In this document: positions 28,594-37,733 of the stretch, piece by piece | How the letters are laid out: each line of letters opens with the position of its first letter | How positions within the stretch are numbered: position 1 is the first letter of the stretch | Assembly (NCBI GenBank): GCA_045591885.1 | Contig: JAZNTT010000029.1 | Span: 1-56,650 of the forward strand | Origin: Eubacteriales bacterium | GTDB taxonomy: Bacteria; Bacillota; Clostridia; Oscillospirales; CAG-272 | DNA: 56,650 nucleotides | Reading direction: 5' to 3' | Translations under genes and position numbers: made by a program | Notes under the pieces: generated by a model | What the model was told of the DNA's origin: nothing | Databases searched by the model: none | What the model saw: the letters and a program-made list of their open reading frames with translations, nothing else

Positions 28594-29772
28594 TTATTCA
28601 AAAATATTGTAGTTTCCGAAAACGTGGCGTCTTACTCTCTGATAGTCAAGCGGTCGTATGTCGCTTCCGCCCGAAATGCGAGCAGCCTCAAAATATGCAC
28701 CCTCGATAGCGTAGTTTCCGAAAACATATCTCCTCATTCTCTGGTAATCGTTTGAGTCAACACGTCCGTTTCCGTTCACGTCACCAAGAACCACTACCGT
28801 AACGGTATGCACTTTTTCATCTCCGTGCATAAGTGATACCGTATATCCCGTGCCGACGTAATCATCCGATGCTGTAACCTCTGACCCGTCTCCGTCAAAG
28901 ACCTTGATTCGTTCTTTGTTCTTAAATCTGCCAAGAAGCGCGTCAAGCGTCGTTTCCTCAACAACTCCTCGAAGCCAATCGCCGTCGATAGCATAACTGC
29001 TTCCGTTTTCAAGCTCAAGCGCTCTCGGCTTTTCGAGAATCGTAAGCGTAAGCTCTTTCGGTTCTGAAACAAGCTCTCCAAGGAGCGTTGCCTTTACACT
29101 TATCGGGAACGTACCGAACTGCGTCGGCGTTCCGCGAAGCGTTCCGTCGGGTTCAAGAGTAAGTCCGTCGGGAAGCGTTCCCTCGAAGCTATAGGTCAGA
29201 AACTCGTCGTTGCTTCCGACTATCTTATACGAGTATTCATACCCCATAACCGCCTCAGGAAGAGACTGTGTTGTTACAACGGGCTTTACAAGCTCGTTTA
29301 CCGTATGGACTATAGTTCCGTTGTTTACCGTCGATGAAAGGAACGAGCTGCCGTCATTCAGCTGATAAGCGTAAAAACGCACGCTTACGCTTCCGCTCCC
29401 CGTCACCTTAAAGGTCATCGTACAAAGCGCGGAATCAGTTTCCGTCATGCTTTCGCCCATAACGACGATTCCGTACGCACCCTCATTTTCGCCCGAGACC
29501 GCCTTTTCGGCAGTAATGCTCTTGCCCTTATAAGTTGAACTTACATAGGCAAGGTTGTCCGACGGGTCAAAATAAAGAGTTCCAAATGAAAAGCCCGAGC
29601 CTGCTTCAAGCGACACCGTATAAGTTACCGTATCGCCAAGCGTCACCTTGCTATTGCTCGGCACGTCTGAAGAAAAGGAGAAGACGATTCCGCTGTCCGC
29701 ATATACTGCAAAAACGGTCGATAAAAGCATTATCACCGACAAAACAGCTGCTATCAAGCGCTTGATTCTCAT
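28594..29772 (-). CDS. Secreted protein: cohesin-like, putative Ig domain, C-terminal dockerin-like domain
   Basis: Signal peptide; V.LGDTVTYTVSL...LCTMTFKV; G.LPDGLTL..DGTLRGTPT..G.F; GDVNGNGRVDSNDY...RR.VFG duplicated (second loop degenerate). Promoter TTGACA-18-TATAAT at 29804-29833. Confidence 0.75.
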   Translation of the reverse strand: MRIKRLIAAVLSVIMLLSTVFAVYADSGIVFSFSSDVPSNSKVTLGDTVTYTVSLEAGSGFSFGTLYFDPSDNLAYVSSTYKGKSITAEKAVSGENEGAYGIVVMGESMTETDSALCTMTFKVTGSGSVSVRFYAYQLNDGSSFLSSTVNNGTIVHTVNELVKPVVTTQSLPEAVMGYEYSYKIVGSNDEFLTYSFEGTLPDGLTLEPDGTLRGTPTQFGTFPISVKATLLGELVSEPKELTLTILEKPRALELENGSSYAIDGDWLRGVVEETTLDALLGRFKNKERIKVFDGDGSEVTASDDYVGTGYTVSLMHGDEKVHTVTVVVLGDVNGNGRVDSNDYQRMRRYVFGNYAIEGAYFEAARISGGSDIRPLDYQRVRRHVFGNYNIFE

Positions 29773-29895
29773 TATGAGGTCCTCCTTTTCGTTTTATACG
29801 TCAATTATAACATTTCAAGTCGTATTTTGTCAATAAGCGCCGCACTTCTAATTTTTTCTTATATGTAAATATATTAAGAAGATTCCCGCATTATG

Positions 29896-29919
29896 AAAAA
29901 AACGCCCGAGGGCGTTTTT
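29896..29919 (-). terminator. Terminator of the glycosyltransferase operon
   Basis: AAAAAAACGCCC-GA-GGGCGTTTTT. Confidence 0.75.
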
Positions 29920-30908
29920 CACAGATTATTAAGCTCGTCGTAGCGCTTTACCGTCACGTATTTGCGATAATAGGAATTAAGAACACCAAACGGCAGAATA
30001 AGGCTCAGATAAACTATCTTCTGTTTAGGTCCGAACTTTTCGCATTTCGGCGCTAAGAGCATTACGGGAAGAAGCTTAAAATAGTACTTATATAAGCGCA
30101 TACCGACGCCCAGCTCCTTTTTGAGCACTCGCATTTTCGCGACACATCCCAAAAGCTGTTCAAGCGCCGTGCCGTAAGCCGTACAAGCTCCCGTTTTTTT
30201 GTAAATATCTCTTATATGTTCTCTGTAAATATCAAGGATGCAGAGCTTTTTGAGCGAAAATTTCGCATTCATTATCGTCGGAAGCTCGGGATTTTTTCTG
30301 TAATAATAAAGCTTGGAGCGATTGAATGCCACCTTGCTTATTCTTTCAAGAACATGCGGGGCAATATGAGTGTCCTCATAATAGATCCCCTCCTTAAAGC
30401 GAAGCGAAGAAAATACCTCTTTTTTATAAAGCTTGCCCCACGCCTCCGTTCGTTCGTACACGCTCTCTGTGAGAAGAAGCTCACGCGCGTCGGCAACCGT
30501 TACGCCATCAAAGATCTCCGCTTTCTTTATATCGTCATCGTTTTGGAATATCTCGTACATACAGACCGACATATCGGCATCTGACTTAATGAGCGTATCA
30601 TACAAAACCGAAACAGTCTCGGGAGCGATCATATCGTCGCTGTCAACAAAGGTAATATATTCCCCCGCAGCGTGCTCGATTCCCGTGTTTCGCGCCGCAG
30701 AAAGACCGCCGTTTTCGCGGTGAACGACCTTGATTCGACCGTCTGTCTTTGCAAGCTCCTCGCACATCGCGGGACAAGAATCGGGGCTTCCGTCATTGAC
30801 AAGTATTACCTCAATATCGGTATACGTCTGCGCAAGTATACTGTTCACGCAAGCGCAAAGCGTTTTTTCAACCTTATATACCGGCACGATAACGCTGATA
30901 AGCGGCAT
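29919..30908 (-). CDS. Glycosyltransferase family 2
   Basis: ISVIVPVY, NDGSPD, NGGLSAARN, FVDSDD, WGKLY, YED. Confidence 0.93.
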   Translation of the reverse strand: MPLISVIVPVYKVEKTLCACVNSILAQTYTDIEVILVNDGSPDSCPAMCEELAKTDGRIKVVHRENGGLSAARNTGIEHAAGEYITFVDSDDMIAPETVSVLYDTLIKSDADMSVCMYEIFQNDDDIKKAEIFDGVTVADARELLLTESVYERTEAWGKLYKKEVFSSLRFKEGIYYEDTHIAPHVLERISKVAFNRSKLYYYRKNPELPTIMNAKFSLKKLCILDIYREHIRDIYKKTGACTAYGTALEQLLGCVAKMRVLKKELGVGMRLYKYYFKLLPVMLLAPKCEKFGPKQKIVYLSLILPFGVLNSYYRKYVTVKRYDELNNL

Positions 30909-30912
30909 ACTC

Positions 30913-31683
30913 TTACCCCCTCTTGATCTTATTCTTAACGGCCTCAAACCGTTTTTCTCCGAGAAGCTTTATAAGTATCTTTCTCGGTATACGCAAATAC
31001 TTTTCACGTCTCAAATATCTGCGTCTTTCTTCGTCACACTCTCTCTCCGACTCGCTCTTCCATGATGCACTGAAGCGGTGGATCGTATACGTTCTTCTCG
31101 TTTTGCGGATCTTCCCCGTGACGTAATCCATGGGACAGAAATACTCGGTCGGGTATATTCTTGCGCCGCAAATCGTTTGAAGCTTTCCGTCGGACACAAG
31201 CCCAAGCTTTTTCAAAACCTTTGTGTTTCTCTCGGGACAGGGCGTAAGATCGAAGCTTCCGTCGGGCTGAACAAAATGTATTCCCTCGTAATCGTCCATC
31301 ATCGCTTTGAGAATATTATTTCCCCTTTCCGCGCCAAAACCGAGCCCGGTTGCAACATTAGTTTCGTTTTCGAAACCAAAAAACGCCGTATCCAGCAAGG
31401 ATTTATCTATCTTCTTTAGGACTTCAACATCGGTATCAAAGTAAACGCCGCCGTTTTCATATACGATCTTGAGCCGAACGTAGTCGGTAACGAACGCCCA
31501 TTTTTTGTTTTCGTACGCCTCTTTAACGTAATCGGGGCAGGAAAAAATATCAAAACTGCTCTCGTCCCAACGTATTATTTCAAAGTCGCTGCAATACTTT
31601 TCCCAGCTTTTAATACATTTGAGTGCTAACGGTGGAAGAGGATTGCCGCCGAACCAAATATAATGTATCTTTTTAGGTATCAT
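30913..31683 (-). CDS. Glycosyltransferase family 32 (OCH1-like, DxD)
   Basis: MIPKKIHY.WFG, WAFV.DY.RL, GG.Y.DTDVE. Confidence 0.92.
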   Translation of the reverse strand: MIPKKIHYIWFGGNPLPPLALKCIKSWEKYCSDFEIIRWDESSFDIFSCPDYVKEAYENKKWAFVTDYVRLKIVYENGGVYFDTDVEVLKKIDKSLLDTAFFGFENETNVATGLGFGAERGNNILKAMMDDYEGIHFVQPDGSFDLTPCPERNTKVLKKLGLVSDGKLQTICGARIYPTEYFCPMDYVTGKIRKTRRTYTIHRFSASWKSESERECDEERRRYLRREKYLRIPRKILIKLLGEKRFEAVKNKIKRG

Positions 31684-31684
31684 A

Positions 31685-32398
31685 TCAAGCTTCCGTCTTG
31701 AACAGCTTTTCCGCCTTCTCAAGATCGTCGAAATTGTCTATCTCATACCATCTTCCGACAAGAGTGCATGCCTTGAATTCAATAGTGCTCAAAACGTCGT
31801 TGAGCGCCACCTCGCTCCATTTGTTCAGTATCTTCTCGTCCTCTATATAATGTGCACAGCGATCGAAAAACGCCTTGCCTCCCTCGGGAGAGAATTTATA
31901 TACGTCAATAGAACAACCAAGAGCATCCGCGGAAGGGATCTGCTTTGAAATAGCAACAAGACGTCCGTCCTTTTCAACAACCTTCATAGACTCCTCTGAA
32001 TAGCTTCCGATGTCGGTAACGATCGCGTTTTCAGCTTCACACTCAATAAGCGCCTTAACTACCGATGCATCATAAAAAACGTCTGCGTTCATCATAAGAA
32101 ATTCGCATGATCCCACAGCATCTCTTGCTATGTATGCAGAGTACATATTGTTTGTCGTTGCGTAATCAACACTGTTGATAATACGAACGGAGGGATACTT
32201 TTCGGTAATTCTCTTTTCCAGTATCTCTGCTTTGTATCCGGAGACTACCGTTATGTCAGTGATACCGTTCAAAAGCAGGTTATCGATCTGGTTAAAAATT
32301 ATAGGAGTACCGTTCACAGGAACAAGCGCCTTGGGGCACTCATCGGTTATCGGAGCGAGTCTTGAGCCGAAACCTGCGGCAAGTATCAAAGCTTTCAT
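31685..32398 (-). CDS. Phosphocholine cytidylyltransferase (LicC)-like nucleotidyltransferase
   Basis: ILAAG.GSRL..IT...PK.L, GYK, Y..TNNMYS, W.EIDN..DL. Confidence 0.85.
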   Translation of the reverse strand: MKALILAAGFGSRLAPITDECPKALVPVNGTPIIFNQIDNLLLNGITDITVVSGYKAEILEKRITEKYPSVRIINSVDYATTNNMYSAYIARDAVGSCEFLMMNADVFYDASVVKALIECEAENAIVTDIGSYSEESMKVVEKDGRLVAISKQIPSADALGCSIDVYKFSPEGGKAFFDRCAHYIEDEKILNKWSEVALNDVLSTIEFKACTLVGRWYEIDNFDDLEKAEKLFKTEA

Positions 32399-33621
32399 TT
32401 TTTCTTTCCCTTTCTGACATGAAAAATATAATTGCAAAGATCATAGCTGAAGCAATGCTCCTTCGCATCGGTGCCGTTCACATAAGCTGAAACTGCCGCG
32501 CGATCGGCAGAATAACCGTCGTCGCCTTCTTCAACAGCAGATATAAACGACAAAAGATCGTCATAGCTGTACATCCTCGGTCCCGGCATATATTTCAGCG
32601 GATCATCAAGAAGATATCCTCTTGAATAATCGCAGAAATTATTCATAAAAAATGCAACGGGCTTATCAATAAGTAAAAAGTCGAACACGACGGACGAAAC
32701 ATCCGTGATAAGCGCATCGCAGCATCCGAGAAATTCGTAAAGTAAAACGTCCTTATAGAACAGTTCTCTATTTTGAACGTAATGAACGTTGTGAAGCTTC
32801 GGCATCTTCATAAGATCGGTTCTTTGAAGCGGATGTATCTTAACTATAAGATGAGTTCTCGCGTCAAAGAGCGCCTTATCGAGTTTAAGCAGCTCGTCCT
32901 CGTTTTCGATAACGCTAAGCGAATAAGGGTCTACCGTTTCGCTATCAGTCCACGTTGCAGACTGCCTGAAAGTCGGCATACACATTATGACCTTTTCAGA
33001 CGCGTATTCCGGAATGATTTTCTTCAGTATTTCATCTTTTTTTGAGGCATTAACGGCAAGGAGATCGTTTCTCGGTTGACCGCAAATAAAGGTTTTTTCC
33101 TCTTCGCATCCCCAAAACCGCGTATACCAGCTCAAAATGTTTTCCGCCGGCACTGCAAGAAGGTCTATGCATGTCGAATCGAAATTACCGGATGCCTGTT
33201 TTATCGGTGTTCCGTGTCCGATATGTATAACTGTTTGTTCATTTCTGCGTTTTCTGAACCAATACGGATGAGAAAAAACAAACCATTTTGCTGTCGCCAA
33301 ATAATATTTCAAGCGAAGCTTATCTCGCAGATTATAAGAGATTCTGCTTACAAAAACCACGTTCTTGGCCTTATGATGCTTTTTGCAGAAATCAACGTCT
33401 TTAACTATCCACACGAGCCTATATTTTCTGTTATATTTATTTTTCAAAAGATATTCATAAAAAGCACGAGGATTATCATCCATATCGCTCTCACATTCGA
33501 GAACGATAGTGTTTTTCAGCGGCAGACAAAGAGAAATTCCGTACCAAATCGGTTCGATCGAAGCCTTAATGCCATAATGCGAAACATAAGAAAATGCTTT
33601 TTTAATTTTTTTAAACATCAT
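32395..33621 (-). CDS. CDP-glycerol/ribitol phosphotransferase (TagF/TagB family)
   Basis: GHGTPIK, GQPRND, MPTFR, KIHP, LITD.SS..FDF. Confidence 0.88.
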   Translation of the reverse strand: MMFKKIKKAFSYVSHYGIKASIEPIWYGISLCLPLKNTIVLECESDMDDNPRAFYEYLLKNKYNRKYRLVWIVKDVDFCKKHHKAKNVVFVSRISYNLRDKLRLKYYLATAKWFVFSHPYWFRKRRNEQTVIHIGHGTPIKQASGNFDSTCIDLLAVPAENILSWYTRFWGCEEEKTFICGQPRNDLLAVNASKKDEILKKIIPEYASEKVIMCMPTFRQSATWTDSETVDPYSLSVIENEDELLKLDKALFDARTHLIVKIHPLQRTDLMKMPKLHNVHYVQNRELFYKDVLLYEFLGCCDALITDVSSVVFDFLLIDKPVAFFMNNFCDYSRGYLLDDPLKYMPGPRMYSYDDLLSFISAVEEGDDGYSADRAAVSAYVNGTDAKEHCFSYDLCNYIFHVRKGKKK

Positions 33622-34892
33622 TCCGGTTCCCACTCGGTTAGTTGAGGCATAGCCTGGTCGCCCCAAGCGTGTCTGACCCATTCGAAATTATAAAACTCGG
33701 ATTTAGCGTATATATTAAACGCAGCAGCGAGCGGAACGAAGTCGTGCCTTGCCTGCCCCCCCGCTCCATTCGGCTGGAACGCCACGATCTGCATAATGTA
33801 CGGACCGGGAGCAATACGAGAGGTGTCCAGATCGAAATTCTTAACGGTAACGGTATTCGGATGCGCTTCAAATTCGGCAGTTGTGGCAGTTGCAACAGGA
33901 GTTCTGTCGCGGAGAAGAACAGTCATTCTGAAAGCGAGATTCTCAATATAATCACTGCATTCATAGGTAAGCGAGAATCTGAAATGACTTCCGAAGCGAA
34001 TCGTATTCTCCTCGGCTTCAACGTCAAGAGCAGTCATCTTTATCTTTCCTGTTATCCAGGGATCGATTCCGCGTTTGGTAAAGTCATTATGCCGCTGAAT
34101 TATTCCGTCTTCGCCGCCCATATAGATGGCAATACCTTCGTCAACGTCGCCGTCAAATATCATTCGTCCCTTGGAAAGAACGATAACTCTGTCGCAAAGC
34201 TGACGAATGGTATTCATGTTATGAGAAACGTAAAGGACAGTCCTTCCGTCCTCTTTTGCGGTCTGACGCATTTTGGTAAGGCACTTTTTCTGGAACGCCA
34301 TATCGCCGACGGCAAGGACCTCGTCCATAATAACTATCTCGGAATCGAGATGCGCGGCGACCGAGAACGCAAGCTTAACGTACATTCCCGACGAATATCT
34401 CTTAACGGGGGTATCAATAAACTGCCTCACCTCCGAAAAATCGATTATCTCCTCGATCTTCTCGTCAATCTCTTTTTTCGACATACCGAGGATCGCGCCG
34501 TTCATATAAATATTTTCGCGTCCCGTAAGCTCAGGATGGAAGCCGGTTCCGACCTCAAGCATCGAGGCAACGCGTCCGTTAAGGGATATAGTACCCTTAC
34601 TCGGTCCGGTGATTCGGGTTATGAGCTTCAGAAGCGTGCTCTTCCCTGCGCCGTTCTTACCGATGATTCCGACAGCCTCACCCTTTTTGACCTCAAACGA
34701 TATTCCGTCGAGTGCCATAAACTTTTCGTTCGATACAGGGCGGCTCTTTTGACCGATTTTTGAAGTCGGATCCTCTTTTTTGCGAAGGCGCGCCGAGAGA
34801 CGCTGAAGATCCTCTTTGAGGGTTGTACCTCCAATGGCACCGAGGCGGTACTGCTTCGAAACATTTTCACAGCGAATCATTATTTCACTCAC
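33618..34892 (-). CDS. wzt: Polysaccharide ABC transporter ATP-binding subunit with C-terminal Wzt_C-like domain
   Basis: GKNGAGKST, PVKRYSSGM, DEVLAVGD, VSH; about 160-aa C-terminal extension; GTG start. Confidence 0.92.
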   Translation of the reverse strand: MSEIMIRCENVSKQYRLGAIGGTTLKEDLQRLSARLRKKEDPTSKIGQKSRPVSNEKFMALDGISFEVKKGEAVGIIGKNGAGKSTLLKLITRITGPSKGTISLNGRVASMLEVGTGFHPELTGRENIYMNGAILGMSKKEIDEKIEEIIDFSEVRQFIDTPVKRYSSGMYVKLAFSVAAHLDSEIVIMDEVLAVGDMAFQKKCLTKMRQTAKEDGRTVLYVSHNMNTIRQLCDRVIVLSKGRMIFDGDVDEGIAIYMGGEDGIIQRHNDFTKRGIDPWITGKIKMTALDVEAEENTIRFGSHFRFSLTYECSDYIENLAFRMTVLLRDRTPVATATTAEFEAHPNTVTVKNFDLDTSRIAPGPYIMQIVAFQPNGAGGQARHDFVPLAAAFNIYAKSEFYNFEWVRHAWGDQAMPQLTEWEPE

Positions 34893-34906
34893 GGTATTCC
34901 GCCTCC

Positions 34907-35788
34907 TTAAACTGTATCCGCAAAGTTCTTTTCAATGCGGTTAAATAGCAAAAGTCCGAAGAACGCGATAACAAGCGTGACCGCCCAACCGACAAAATAA
35001 TACACGGGATCAAAGTATCCGGCACCGAAAACTCCGTACCTGAACGAAAGGATAGCGGGAGTAACGGGATTGAGGTTATAAAGACCTATGTACTTTGCGG
35101 GAATGAGAAGCAGACCGTATGCAACGGGAGTCGCGTACTGCCAGAGGTTAAGACCAAAGCCGACAAGCATCGAAAGATCGCGGTATTTGGTCGTAAGCGC
35201 GGAAATGATTATTCCAATACCCGTTGAAAGTATCATAAGCTGTATTATCGACAGCGGAACGAAGATGAAATGCCACGAGAAAATGAAATCAGCACTTCCC
35301 CCAATAATACAGCCGATGTACAAAACGATAAACATTACAAGCTGAATACCGAACGATATGAGGTTCGATATTGCCGTCGAGATCGGCATAGCGATTCGCG
35401 GAAAATAAACCTTTCCCATAATGTGCGCGTTAGCCAGGAACGTATAGCTCGTCGCCGAAACGACCGATGAGAAATAGCCCCAAAGGATCGTGCCGCTCAT
35501 ATAGAAAAGGAACGACGGCACGTTCGGTGCCGGATTCGCATCTGCGGTCGAAAGCTTCGCCAAGGTACCGAATATAACTGTATAAACAACCGTTGTGAAA
35601 AGCGGCTGAATTATTGCCCAAAGCGGGCCGAGAATCGTCTGCTTGTACTTCGACACAAAGTCTCTTTTAACGAAAAGAAGTATCATGTCCTTGTATTTAA
35701 GTGCTTCTCTCAGCTTCAGGTCAAATACTTTTTTGTCTGCCGAAACGACCGTCTTGAAGGCGGTATCAGACTTCTTGTTTTCTGTCAT
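34907..35788 (-). CDS. wzm: Polysaccharide ABC transporter permease
   Basis: KRDF..KYKQTILG.LW.IIQP, KVYFPR, YRD, TPV.Y, NP. Confidence 0.92.
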   Translation of the reverse strand: MTENKKSDTAFKTVVSADKKVFDLKLREALKYKDMILLFVKRDFVSKYKQTILGPLWAIIQPLFTTVVYTVIFGTLAKLSTADANPAPNVPSFLFYMSGTILWGYFSSVVSATSYTFLANAHIMGKVYFPRIAMPISTAISNLISFGIQLVMFIVLYIGCIIGGSADFIFSWHFIFVPLSIIQLMILSTGIGIIISALTTKYRDLSMLVGFGLNLWQYATPVAYGLLLIPAKYIGLYNLNPVTPAILSFRYGVFGAGYFDPVYYFVGWAVTLVIAFFGLLLFNRIEKNFADTV

Positions 35789-35808
35789 TTTTATGCCTTT
35801 CACTCTGT

Positions 35809-36771
35809 TTATTTCGTCTTTATGGGCGCGATAAGGTTTTTGTAACCCCATATTCCAAGCACCGAGAACAGGAAATACTTTATCTTGTCCTTTGCAGATA
35901 AAAGATTGTTACCAAGCGCTTTGCGCTGAGTACGGAACTCTTTTTTAACGAATTTTTGAGTTCCTTGCGGAACGCCGTCACCGACTGCGGTAAGAATTAC
36001 GTCGAGAATATGCTTACGGGTCTTATATTCAAGCTCGCTGTCGCCCACCTGCATATAAAAATCGATATGATCGTTCAAGATTTCTATAAGAAGCTTAAAT
36101 CGCTCCGGGCTGGGAGACAGGTGCATTATACTTCCGTTTCTTTGACGGTAAAGGCAACCGCAATAGGGAATTATCGCAAATTTGGAAACGCCGTAATATA
36201 GGCGCGGCATAAGATGTCTGTCCTCGTAAACGATACCCTCTTTGTATCTCTTGCCCTCATATACTTCTCTTCTTGTGAGCTTTCCCCAAGGCGTGGCGAT
36301 CATCGCGTTCGCACCGATCTCGTTGTCCTGAGATACAAGTGCATCTCGTCCGCTTACGATCCATTCCTGAGCGGGGCACTTATCGTAAATCGGCTCGCCC
36401 TCCTCGGTTATGAATCGACAGCCGCAGGCAACTACCTCCGCACCGGTCTCGATCATCTTGTTATAAAGCGTTTCGATCATGTCGGGGACAATAACGTCAT
36501 CACTGTCGACCGAAACGATAAGCTCGCCCGTTACGTTATCAAGTCCTGTGTTGCGGGCACGGCTTACTCCGCCGTGATCGTTTCGCACGATCTTTATTCT
36601 GCCGTCCTCCGACGCAAGCTTTTGACAGATATCAAGTGTGCGGTCGGAGCTTCCGTCGTCAATTATTATTATTTCGAGATTCTTATAAGTCTGTTCCCTT
36701 ACGCTGTTTACGCATTCGGCAATAAACCGTTCCACGTTATATGCGGGAATTATGACCGATACCTTTTCCAT
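35809..36771 (-). CDS. Glycosyltransferase family 2
   Basis: VSVIIPAYN, DDGS, VDSDD, PWGKL, YED. Confidence 0.93.
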   Translation of the reverse strand: MEKVSVIIPAYNVERFIAECVNSVREQTYKNLEIIIIDDGSSDRTLDICQKLASEDGRIKIVRNDHGGVSRARNTGLDNVTGELIVSVDSDDVIVPDMIETLYNKMIETGAEVVACGCRFITEEGEPIYDKCPAQEWIVSGRDALVSQDNEIGANAMIATPWGKLTRREVYEGKRYKEGIVYEDRHLMPRLYYGVSKFAIIPYCGCLYRQRNGSIMHLSPSPERFKLLIEILNDHIDFYMQVGDSELEYKTRKHILDVILTAVGDGVPQGTQKFVKKEFRTQRKALGNNLLSAKDKIKYFLFSVLGIWGYKNLIAPIKTK

Positions 36772-36775
36772 ACTG

Positions 36776-37732
36776 TCACACCTTTTTTCTTATTGAACGA
36801 TAGCCCTTTACGCCAAGCAAGCGGAAAAGAAAATACTTGAACTTTTCCTTTGCGTTCGGCGCATGCTTTTTCAAAAATTTATAGTGCTTCTTAAACTCGT
36901 TTACCGAATATTTATCAAGCCCCTCGGGAATCTCTCTTTTGCGGCAAGCCATAAGGATCTTGTCCGCGGCGTTCCTATGCACGTAGTATTCAAGGACGGT
37001 GTCGCCCTTTTCACGGTAAAATTCCGCGTGGTCAGCCCAGATATCGAAGAAGAACTTATACTCTCTTTCGCCCTCTTTGCGATGCATTATGCTGCCCTCT
37101 CTCTGGCGGTACTTGTAGCCGCAATAAGGGATTATAACGAACCTCTGAACGTCAAAATACAGGTACGGCATCAGGTGCATATCCTCGTATACAACGCCTT
37201 CCTTATAGCGTTTGCCGTCGTAGACCGCTTTTTTTGCAAGCTTTCCCCACGGTGCGGCAATCGCGGCGTTTACACCGACTCCGCTGTCTCGCGCTTCAAG
37301 TGCATCGCGTCCGCTTAAAACACGCTCGGCGGGCGGAGGATAATCGCCGATATGCCCGCCGTCCTCACTCATATACGAGCATCCGCAGGCAACAACGTCG
37401 GCATTATGCTCTTTTAGCTTGTTATAAAGCGTTTCTATCATATCAGGGGCAATAACGTCGTCGCTGTCGACCGACATTATATAGCCGCCGGTTGCATTGT
37501 CAAGACCTGCGTTGCGCGCACGGCTCACCCCGCCGTGATTATTCTGCAATACCTTTATTCTGTCGTCTTCAACGGCAATCCTTTGACAGATATCAAGCGT
37601 GCCGTCGGAGCTTCCGTCGTCAACTATAATTATTTCGAGGTTTTTATAGGTCTGCTCCCTTACACTGTTAACGCACTCGGCAATAAACCGTTCAACGTTA
37701 TACGCGGGAATTATGACCGATACCTTTTCCAT
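36776..37732 (-). CDS. Glycosyltransferase family 2 (tandem paralog of the previous gene)
   Basis: First ~37 aa identical to 35809..36771; same motifs. Confidence 0.93.
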   Translation of the reverse strand: MEKVSVIIPAYNVERFIAECVNSVREQTYKNLEIIIVDDGSSDGTLDICQRIAVEDDRIKVLQNNHGGVSRARNAGLDNATGGYIMSVDSDDVIAPDMIETLYNKLKEHNADVVACGCSYMSEDGGHIGDYPPPAERVLSGRDALEARDSGVGVNAAIAAPWGKLAKKAVYDGKRYKEGVVYEDMHLMPYLYFDVQRFVIIPYCGYKYRQREGSIMHRKEGEREYKFFFDIWADHAEFYREKGDTVLEYYVHRNAADKILMACRKREIPEGLDKYSVNEFKKHYKFLKKHAPNAKEKFKYFLFRLLGVKGYRSIRKKV

Positions 37733-37733
37733 A

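Noticed and set aside
33642-34763. 373-aa antisense ORF
   Set aside because: Shadow of wzt, a common artefact opposite ABC ATPases
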